A stretch of 64,000 nt of DNA. Origin: Botryllus schlosseri (taxonomy: Eukaryota). Positions 1 to 12,000 of this stretch are shown piece after piece. The notes below the pieces were generated by a model. That model searched no databases, was not told where the DNA came from, and saw only the letters and a program-made list of their open reading frames with translations. Each line of letters starts with the position of its first letter. Within the stretch, counting starts at the first letter, position 1. The stretch covers positions 8,432,001 through 8,496,000 of the forward strand of contig CM119374.1 in NCBI GenBank assembly GCA_051294905.1. Reading direction: 5' to 3'. The position numbers and the translations under genes were made by a program.

Positions 1-3000
1 GCTTCCACGACGAGGACCTTTTCTTTCGTCATCACCATCATTATTGCCACCTCTTGTCCCTAACAGAATACACAGATACTGTAATACATCACTAAATGAA
101 GCTTCGACGCAAATATTATAACCTGGGCCTCTTTTTGATGGCTTGTTATCATCTTCATCATCACCGCTCGTGCCGTTATGTTTCTTTCCCTTTCCAGGCA
201 TTCCTCCTTTGCTGCCTGGTCCTCTTCCGGGACGATCTATCAAAGGTGATCAACCAAATGTAAATATGTACATCTCATCGAAATGGAGAATTATTCTGGA
301 TATGGAATATGAGGTCATCGCAAAGTGAACAGAACTTAAATATTTCAACAAAAACATTTCAAGGTAGGCCTAAGAAGGTCTTAGATCAGTGGTTCCCAAC
401 CTGAGGTACGCGTACCACTGGTGGTACGCGAAGGTCTTCCAGGTGGTACGCGAGTAGATTCTGTCTTTTTCGACCGAAGGGAGTTATTAGTGCAGGTGGG
501 GTTTATTTTGAGTTATTTTGTAGCATCGCCTCCTCGTATTCAACGCAAGCTTCTCGCGTTATTCCTCAGCTGTTATTTTCCCTTACGTGGGAGTGCCAGC
601 GAGGATTTCCATCCCTGATGACCATCAAGTCGAAGAAACGAAACCGACTTGTTGCGCCCATGCATGACTTTCAATGCGCTGTGAACAAACGTATGCCACG
701 CATCGACCAGCTAGCGCAGGGGCGGCCAACCCGTGGCCCGCGAGAAGATTATGAGTGACCCGCGAGATAATTCTCGAAATTAGTTATAATATCAAATAAT
801 AAATTACTCATGTAATTTACTGTGAACTTCCAAGGCCAATCAAAAACTTGATAAGTCCGACCCCGAAATTTGGGATGTTGATGACTTATATACCAGTTCC
901 GACGCATTGGCGTAGCCAGGGGCCAGCAACATTTATAGTAGATCTTCCTATATGATCATAAAGTATTATAAAATATTTCGTGGTAGATTTATTTGACTTG
1001 ATATTATTCTTAGCACTTCGAGCGATTTATTGTCACTAAATTTGTTGATTTTTGTAGCCCTTCCTGAATATAAAAATGCTCCCAACTTACCTAATTGTCT
1101 ATATTGGCAATTATGAGAGAACGTGCCGTAAAACATCCGACTTCGTGTCTGCACGCGCAGAGATGAAGATAATCGGCGATGAAACTTTTGCACAAAATGA
1201 TAGACGCATGTTCACCGAAATCGTCGATATTAATAAGTCCGAATAATCCTGTGTTTGCCAAGTCAGCCCAGTGGTATACAAAAGTGACCCACAGTATATT
1301 CAAGTGACATTAGTATTGGCGTAACTTATTCACTAACTTTGAAAAGTTTTCGCGCTTCGCGCGGTTACTTCATGAGTGCACTATGCACAGTGACTTTTCA
1401 TGACATAAGTGTTATCGATTTTGAGGCGTAGTAATATAAGTCTTATTTTCATCATTACCTAATCCGGTTCGCTCTTATCGGGTGACTAAAAAAAGGTCAT
1501 CAACATTCAAGTGGCCCGGGCAAGGTTCGCAAATCTTATGTGGTCCTTTGGTCGAAAAGGTTGGCCGCCCCTTGGCTAGTGGAAAATAACCAAATGCAGC
1601 CCTTGCATTGAATAAATCGACTTTTGTTGTTTGTTGTTAATTCATTATGCTGTTATTCTTATGACTGGTGGCGAAAAAACAATTCCATGCATCCCATTAG
1701 CCCTGACTGATAATGCCTAGTTTAATAGAATTTGTTGTTACATCTTGCATAAGTCACTGCTTGTGACGTAATAAATGGTGGAAACATTTTTGACCGCCTT
1801 CGTCGCGCGTAACTTGTAGGTGGTACGCGAGCACTGCATAAAACCTCGAAATGGTACGTGGGTGGAAAAAGGTTGGGAACCACTGTCTTAGATGAATGAA
1901 TGAGTCATTACTCCTTACCGCCAGATCCTTTCATTGGTCGTTTGTCATCGTCGTCATCGGAGGTGCCAATCGATTTACCTCCCTTTCCTTCCATTCCACC
2001 TCCACCTCCACGTCCAGCGCCTAGAAGATATTAGATTATATATGTAAAGGTTACATGTACTTTAAGACCATTGATGCATTTAGTGGCGTTTGATACAACG
2101 AGTTTATCCAGTCTACTGCTAAACTATATCTGAATACACAGCCTTGATGGATACATGCAACGCTTCCTTTTTATATCATGATGATTTACATCCCCTAGTA
2201 TGTCAGTTTCTATCATCTCGTATTCGTATTTTTTATTTGTGATATATCTTGTGGTTCGTAAATTCCGTACGCTCATATAGCGCCTACTTCCTATGTGATT
2301 TGCTCAACAAACTCGAGATGATGAATGTTTCAACAAAGTAGCAACTTATTGATGCAAACTTTACCCGTTTCATTTAGTTCGTAGGATGACGTTTGTCAGT
2401 TATGAAGTTGCTCTAAATCAGTGGTTCCCAACCTGTGGTACGCGAAGGTCTTCCAGGTGGTACGCGAGTAGATTCTGTTTTTTTTCAACTGAAAGGAGTT
2501 ATTAGTTCAGGTGGGGTTGATTTTGAGTTGTTTTTTTTGTAGCATCACCTCCTCGTATTCAACGCTAGCTTCTGACGCTATTACCCAGCTGTTAATTTTC
2601 CCTTTTACGTGGGAGTGCGAGCAAGGATTTTCATCCCTGATGACTATCAAGTCGAAGACACGAAACCGACTTGTTGCGCCCATGCATGACTTTCGATGCG
2701 CTGTGAGCAAACGTATGCCACGTATCGAGCAGCTAGTGCAGGGGTGGCAAACCAGTGGCCCGCGAGATAATTCTCAAAATTAGTTCTAATATCAAATAAT
2801 AAATTACTCAGGTAATTTACTGTGAACTTCCAAGGCCAACCAAAAACTTGATTAAATTAATTCACTTAATTGACTATTTGAAGAGCTTCTTGGAGGTACA
2901 GAACTTCAATATACAAATAAATAGTATATTCATATGAATATACTATTTAGTTAATTGACTATATTGACAATTATGAGAGAACGTACCGTCCAACATCCGA

Positions 3001-6000
3001 CTTCGCGTATGCACCTGCAGAGATGACGATGAAGATGAAGATGATCGGCGATGAAAATTTGGCACAAAATGATAGACGCATGTTCACCGAAATCGTTGAT
3101 ATTAATATGTCCGAATATTCCTGTGCTTGCAAAGAGAGCCCACTGGTATACAGAGATGACCCGCAATATATGCAAGTGACATTAGTATTGGCCGAACTCA
3201 TTCACTAACTTAGAAAAATGTTCGCGCTTCTCGCGCTGACTTCATTAGTGCACTATGCCCACTGACTTTTTGTTACCGATTTTGATGCGTAGTAATATAA
3301 GTCTTGTTTTCATCATTACGTAATCCGGTCGATCCTATCGGGTGGCTAAAAAAGGTCATCAACATTCAAATGGCCCGCGCAATGGTTCGCAAATCTCATG
3401 TGGCATTAAATAAATTGACTTATGTTGTTTGTTGGTAATTCATTATGTTGTTTTTCTTGTGACTGGTGGCGAAAAAACAATTCCATGCATCCCATCAGCC
3501 CTGACTGATAATGCCTAGTTTAATAGAATTTGTTATTACACCTCGCATAGGTCAAATACGTGCTTGTGACGACATAAATGGTGGGAAAAATTTTGACTGA
3601 CTTCGGTGCGCGTAACTTGTATAGGTGGTACGCGAGCACTGCATAAAACCTCAAAATGGTACGTGGGTGGGAAAAGGTTGGGAACCACTGCTCTAAATAA
3701 TGTAGGGTTACCATCTTTTGATGGCTCAAATTCCGGCAACTCTGTAGCGCCTACTAGCGGGTTTCAAAATTAGGCATAAAATATTTTGTGTCTCTATAAC
3801 GTCACAATATCAAAGCTTTGCCTAACGACTGTATAGTTAAATAGTACAAGAGTGGAAAATAGGTTCGGAATTGGACCATCTGTATCGTAAACTCTGGTGA
3901 TTGCTGTACTGTATTCTAATTTCGTGTGCAACTCATTCCTGCTATAATGTTAGGTCATTTCATCTATGTCAGGAGCGGGCAACTTCGCCGGTCGGCGAGC
4001 CTGATATGGGAAAATGAAGTAGGCTACTTGGCGGGCCGGATTAAAGAATCGATACATTAATCGCGTATTTATCCATCTATGCAGGGAATAAATCGTATTT
4101 AATATAAACTTTAAGTTCAAATCATAGGAACCAAAAAAGTATTTAATTAAATTATTTACCTAATGTATTTGAATATAGCTGTTGAGGTCAATCATGCATC
4201 TGTGTTCGATCAAAGCTGTCAACAAGTGCTTCGAACTCTGGGTGCATATCGGATGTAGAAACCCTTAGTAAAGACTGTACGTGAACATTAGTTCTATTGG
4301 AACCCAGCCTTGTTTTTTAATGTTCATGGTTAAAATGTTTAATCTCAAATGTATATAGATGGCAGACCCGAACAAAACAAGTAGTGTCATGACCATCTTC
4401 CTCGGGCTGGCAAGCTGAGATTCATTCTGTGACGCATAAAATTTGTCACTACTTTCAGATTCGAAACTTTCTGCGGATCGCTCAAAATCCCCACGTGGGC
4501 CGGAATATACCCTTATTTTATAATTGAGATCACAATTAGTGTTATTTCAGTAAAGGATGGTTACTTTTATTTATTTTTGATCACGGTTGGTTCAAAATAA
4601 TATCGTTTACGTTGACTTACGAAAAAAATTTAGCCTTCAAAATTCCACCCATTTGGGCATATATTTGAATTTCCTCCCGGACGCAGTTTGAACAGTGAAA
4701 TCCCGGGAAATTCCGGACGTATATGCCAATCCTACCTAATCCAGTGGTTATTAACTAGGGGTATAGCGCCACCAGGAGGCGATTTGGATATTGAAGGGAG
4801 CGGAAACGCTCATGATGCGATATGGGGAGTGCTGGGTTCAGAAGGCGGTATGAGAGGGGGTGAAGAAAAATGACGTGGCAGTTGCAAAGTAATAGTAGAA
4901 AAAAATCTGTGAAATCTCGACACTTTTCGTTGCTCTGCGCGTGGATATATGCCGGCGATGTTTGCAGCGTGTTTTCATGGACGCGGTGGTTTAATATGAT
5001 TCCTGTACAATGAATTGCGCGTGCTTTCTTTTAGATTGCCAATTCCTCGGTAAAACACTCCCGTCACGCTAACTCGGGTTATTTTCAGAAAAATATTCCG
5101 AACTTGGTATTGCAACCAGGTGCCCACAGCGTGTCGAAATCGGGTACCACCTTTGGGAGTAAGATCCCTTTGTACGTTAAAGTTTCTCTGAAGCTTTTCC
5201 AATAAAGTGATTAAATAAATATACGTGTACCTAAGAGTTACAAAATGAAATCGGCAGATTATTTCTTCATCGCATCATAAAGGATGATATCCACAGTCTC
5301 AAATGAGCTTTGTTTGGAATTCATTCATGTTAAAGTTAATAATAAGGTGCAGTACTAAATTCAATGTGAACGAGCAAAAACCTCTACCACATTCTCACTT
5401 GATTTACTAGTCACACAAAGCAATAAAATAAAACGCAATAATATTAACCTCCCCATATTGCCAATCGCAGATGTGAATTCGTGATGTATATACATCGGGC
5501 TTGAACTAGATGGTATATGAGACCGTACCTGATGATTATTGTAACAGCCTTGATTCGATCCCGAATATAGCGCATACAATTATTATATCGTTAATTAGTT
5601 GAGTGGCGCCGCGCGCGATTCAAGCGCGAAATATTTCCAATAGTGAAGTCCCAACCCGAAAACACAAACAGGACTTCGATTTCTTACTCATTGTTTTTTT
5701 TTACTGCAGTCCTTATTAAAATATGGGGAGGAGCTAGGCAATTTTTGAAAAGGTATTGAGGAGAAAACGGTTAAGAACAATTCCTCTAATTTAACTCATC
5801 GTATGGGCGCAAGTGCAGGTGTAGTGGGAAAGGTATAAAAAAGAACAAATATTCGTTCATGAGGACCTCTTTTCTAAGAGGTAGATATTTAGAAGGATGA
5901 ATATACGCATGCACGGATGGATGAATGGTTACGTGACACCAGGTATGTGCTTATTGAACTGTTATATCATGCATGCAACTATTAATCGTTAGTTTGAACG

Positions 6001-9000
6001 AGTTTAACATGTCAGTGAATAATAGGTAAATCAAATAGTCGTAAAGACTTTGAAAATTAGGCCGTTACCTCTCATCCCGTTCTTGCTATCGTCATCCTCT
6101 TTGGTACCATTAGACTTCTTTCCTTTTCCACCCATTCGCCTTTTCATACATCCTAAAGTGAGGTCAGATCTATGGTGCAATACTCCTACTAGATCAGGGG
6201 TTCTCAAAGGGTGGGCCATGGCCCACTGGTGAGCCACAAGAGCATTTGAGGTGGGCCACAGAGCTATTTTGAAAATTTTAGAAATAATTTAAGTTTAGTA
6301 ATATTTGTTGTGTTAATCGCTAAAAAATATATTCGTATTAGTTGATTGATGAGACGTAGTGGTAGGCCTACGTATGGAGTCAGCATTTCAAGTCGAAAAT
6401 GGGAGGCAGAAACGGCGGCTTTTTCCACTGGCTATGGCTAACAGCAACTAAAATAATTTCGCGCATATAATACCTGGAAGGTAATGCTGAACGAACCAAA
6501 TGTTCCGGCAGGGTCATAATGTCGTATGCCGTTGAAAAGGGTGTGCAATAAAATCGGAATGAAGTGTAATTGATGTATAGATTTACTGTACTTCGGCAGG
6601 TCGTATTATTGTAAGTCAAAAATGGCCATAATTGCAAATTATTAGCAACTTCTGGTGTAGGTATACTGCACCACCACAACGAATAGTAATGGATTGTGGA
6701 TTCAGCGGAGCGCAATAATATTTAGAGTCTGCTTAAAATGTCATGCCTGGAAATCAATGTACATAATGTAAGAGTCACATGAGTTGATAGTATCACTTGA
6801 TTGAATATTCCGACAGCGCAACTTCAGTGGGTTCAGTACGTGACATTGTACGTATACATTGTATCACTCTTAGCGAAAAGAGTGGTTATACACACCCCAA
6901 AAGGTGGTACACGAAAACAGAACTTACGTAACCCTGCCGGTGTGTATGACCAGAATCCACCCCATTCCTTGCGGTGTATATCGGATATTTCACCCTAGCC
7001 ATTATAATTGATTGGGGCGTAATTTCAGTATATACACCCTACTTGAAATCCTGCATCTTCTTCCAAATTGCACGCTATTGCAAATAAACTTTCTTGATTG
7101 CATATATTCGATATCAATTGAACCATAATAACATAAAATGGAAACATATTTCGTGAAATAACATAAACAGAGATCCCAGCGACGGAGAAAAAAATTCACT
7201 GAAAATACTGCTCGAAGAACATTGCCCATGTAATATTGGGAAGTCGTCTCCTCCAGGTTTCCGCAAAACACTCTTGTACGGCGAAGGCTGAGTCACTATC
7301 TTCAGCAAGAACTTGTGGCATCATCCTGAAATCAAAATGCATATTCACAACCCAATTAACAGGCACATGCAAACATGCATAACTTAATGAAAGAGCACAA
7401 AAATAGAAGCCATTACAAAGTATAAATATTTTCAAAAAGTACTTACCAAAAAAATCAGATGTTACACTTGCTAAGGAATTGCAGCACAGACTGTGGTCCG
7501 ATAGGGTGAACTTACCGCTATAGGAAACATGTTCACACACGATCACTTTATGTGTGGCCAATTAGGCATCGACAAGATGGAAATTTATGGATAGTTTTCA
7601 TGAAAACCGCATGTAACAGGCAGACTTGGACAACTAGAAAACGTTCCCTTTTTCCAAATTGGATTGGAATTAAATTACAACTACAAGTTTTTTTTTCGAA
7701 TTAGAGTAGAATTAAAATTATAGCTACACAGTTGGAAATTAGATTAAAATTATAATTCTTGCTGACAGTTTTTTTCAAATTAGATTAGAATTAGAATTAC
7801 TGAAATCGCGAAAAGTTGAATCAAACTGCGTTATTATCAAATCATAGTTCATCTTATGAGCATGAGAATAGCAAATGTCTGTACACTGTACAGTATGGGT
7901 GTTCGAAAATGACTTTTTCTTTCAAATTCTACTGGCTACTTGATAAAATTGTTAGGTTACCTAATTCAAGCCTGCACACCAAATTTGGTTCGATTCCAAC
8001 CAGTAGCCGCATTGCTACAGGAGAAGAAAGTTGAAGATTCTTCCTATTAGTAGGGTCACATGGCATTAGTAATTTTATATTAGTCGCGAAGATTCATATA
8101 GCAATTTTCAAAGTAGAAACTTCCGAAAAACTGCTTACCATACTTGACTATTTTTCCGACATTCCGTATTCTACTTCCACTTGACGTAGTTTTGACTTGT
8201 ATTGGGAACTGTTGCATCTACTTGTAATCGAGTATAAATTGACGGCGGTATTTCTACATCGACTTGAGTAGCAACGCTAGTAACTTTGACCATCTCTGCT
8301 TTGGTTTACCTCATATATGCGACTACGAAAGTTGACATCAGGTGTCGTTAACAAAGTTGTAATACCTGCTGGCTTGATAACGAGTCTTTCAGTTTTCGCA
8401 GCATACTCCTAAACTCGGTTAGTTCCTGTGATATAATTTTGCTCTTGCAGCATGCAGTCTTTAAGCAGCATCCTAAAATATGAAGAAAATCAGAGAAAGA
8501 GATGCATGGACTTGATTTAAATTTGACTACTTGGTATAATCCAAAACACGAAACGTTTCCTAGTTGGGCAATATTGACTTTCAGAATGGATCCAAAGCGA
8601 CCGCAGATACAGGTCTGATTAGAAAACCTTGACTTGCCTTATACATGGAAATTAGCAAATTAGCTGGATGCTAATGATTACCTTGCAATATGTGCTGTTT
8701 GATAACGATCCATCATTGTTTCGCAGCATACGGTTTTACGGTTCAATGCGATGTCGACTTGGTTGAAATGCCCTGACATGATCTTGTATAGTGGCATCCT
8801 AAAATTGAAAAAAATAACCATGAGGTATAAACGTTTAGTTGACAATTTGGATTGGATTCTAAACTCCTAAAGGGATCGCCAGACAGGACGCCTATTGCCG
8901 AAAACCTAACCTATAGCCGAAGCGCATCGGTTTTCGGCTATCGACAGGCTTTCGGCTGGCTTTCGGCTTTCCGCTTCATTGGTGTGTATCGGACCGCGTT

Positions 9001-12000
9001 TTCGCGGGCCGAACAAAATATGGTTGCGATCAAAACATTGTTGACTGACTGGAAATGGACGCGGAAGGAGCATTGGAAATGGACGTGGAGTTGGAGGACG
9101 GTGACATTGAGTCGTTATTGGCAGCAAGAATATCAAAGGGATTCCAAGAGAAGTGGGATTTTCCAATGGGCCTTGGTGCCATTGATGGAAAACATATTAC
9201 CATTGAGGCCCCTGCCGAGTGCCAAGTCGGGATCAGAATTTTATAACTACAAGGGAAATTATAGTATTGTGCTTCTCACTGCATGTGACTCACAGCTTTG
9301 CTTCACTCTGGTAGACATAGGTGATTCGGGGAGACATAGTGATGGTGGGGTATTTTCGAATTCGACCTTCGGAAGTAAGTTCATGAATGGTCAACTAAAT
9401 GTGCCTGATGATGGCTGCCTACCTCAGTACCTGGGACAGATGTACGTGTTCCCTACGTCATAGTTGGAGATGCGGCATTTCCATTCCGCAGGAATCTGAT
9501 GAGACCCTATCCCGGCAAACAATTGCCATCGCACAAATCTATTTTCAATTACCGATTATCACGGGCACGGCGTGTCATTGAAAACGCATTTGGCGTGATG
9601 GCAGCGCGGTGGAGAGTGTTCCGGGGCACCATTACTGCCGAGCCCAAACTTGCCACTGACATTACGAAAGCTGCATGTTGTTTGCACAACTTCTTGCAGC
9701 TAAGATCCTCGTGCACACTCTCAAACCTTGGCATCGCACCAGCCACTTCCAGTGATTTTGGAGGCCCTACAACCACTTCTCAAACCGGGACCACGTCTCG
9801 AACTGGGAGACTGGGGTCCAATATGTACAGCAACGAAGCAAAGGAGGTGAGGGAGAAATTTACCAATTACTTTATGAGCAATATTGGCAGAGTTGCATGG
9901 CAAGAAGCAGTGGTAAATCGCGTGTGAGGCTGTGAGCTCATCGACTCTGGTGGACCACAAATCTGCTTTGGATATTCTGGGACCCCAAATCTGCTTTTGA
10001 ATATATTGCTAGACGAAATGACACTATCCGATGTACATTTGATTGTTAACCACTGTTCCAAAACATTAATATTCTTTCATTCACATTACTGGAACAGTTT
10101 TTATTAAAGAAAATATGAAAATTGCTTGTGTGAACATAGTGTTAAGCAGTGTATAACGAAGTATAGTATATCACAGATCAAGAACGAGTACTATAGGGGC
10201 AAGTTAATGCATTCATATTGAAACAGTTTTTACTGAAGAAGATATGGAAATTGCTTGTGCGAACATAGTTTGACATTAGGGTATAACGAAACACATACAA
10301 CTAAGTACAGAATATACAACTAAGTACAGAATATCACAGATCAAGAACGAGAACTAGGGGCAAGTTACCGCATAAGAAAGGTAGAACCACAGCGAAAGAC
10401 ATGAAAAATGTCAAAAGCAAAAAATGCAGTGAAGAGAATTTAGCATGTATCAACACAGAGGTAAACAACAATGTCAAAAACATACAGCCAGACTTGTGCA
10501 ATCTACCAATTTAGTTAATTGACGTGGTGACTAAGTTACGGATTTCGAAAACTGAGTAAGTCCTAGTTCTAATTGCAGATTTTGAAAATTGAATCGTTCT
10601 AGTTTCGTATTTTCAAAAGCGAGTAGTTATAGTTCTAGTTGCACATATCCAGTCGTCATACAACATACATCATTCTGCATCCTGTGCATCAATAACTTGT
10701 GTCTCGAGTGAAGACATCTGCTCACCCATGAATTGCATAATACAGCTCATTGTAGAAATAGCTTTGACTGGTGGCAATTTCTCCAGCATCTTTGCAACCA
10801 TGCTGCCAAAGTGGGCATATTCGTTTCTTGGACGGTTTGCAAGATGAGCAGTAAAGTCATTCATTGATTTAACGTTTTGGCTCATGAAGTCGGATATTGC
10901 GGCCTGCATATGGAAAATATAGGAATATCACCACTTTCAATAACTTTACTTGTACTATAAGCAGGGCTCTGGAGCCGGTGCCATGCATTTTTACCGGAGC
11001 TGGAGCCGGGGCTCTACATAAAATTCAGCCGGAGCTGGAGCTAGTTATTTGAGGGGTAGCTCCGGCTCCGACGTATTTCATAAGATGCTATTATGCAACA
11101 ACCATATCTACTGAGTTCACATAATTCAACAGCAGGCCTTCGCGAAATCAAGATTATTTTCATCTTTGTTGCTGCAACCAATGTTACTGACGGCTGACAG
11201 ACTCTAGATTACTATAGATAACTAACCTAATCTATATAGACCAGGGGTGGCCAGCCTTTTCGGCTAAAGGGCCACATGAAATTGACGAACGAGTGCGCTG
11301 CCAACTAGCCGCGCCAGGCGTGTAAAATTTTCAAAGTTAATATTATTAATACTTGGGTATATTGCGGGTCGACTGTATACCGCCCACTGGGCTCAGTTTG
11401 CAAGGACAGGTCTATTCGGCATCTGGACATCTCGATATCGAAGATTTCCGCTAATATACGACAATCATATTATTTTGTGCCTAATTTCATCGTCAACGAT
11501 CTTTCTGCGAGCGCAGACGCGAAAAGACTTTCTCTCATAATTGTGAATATATTTCGACTCAATCGGCTAAATCAGGCGTTTTGTCTATAAGCCTTCATCA
11601 CATACAACTCACCTGGAATTCTTGTTTATCAGCATATTTCTTCCTCTTTCTAGAGACAACTTCGGTATGTGAGCTTGTTGGCTGATCCGCATGATGTTAG
11701 GACTTACGGTTTATGCTTCAAATGATCAAGCAGAAAAGACATGGACTGATAATGAGTAAACTCCTTGATAGTGCTTGCGGCAGAGCCACTGCTTTTGGCT
11801 TTCTTCAACTCGCCAACATATTTGCTGAACCTGTCTCGGAGTTGTTTCCAACGTTTTTTGCAGTTTGTCGCTGTAAACAATGTGAAAATTAATAAAAAAC
11901 ATCAATCATTATACTGTGACATAATACATTTATTTACAACTCCCTACCGGACAATTTTTGGTCATGTCGGTGTGACGAAATTGGTCACCGTAAATACTAT

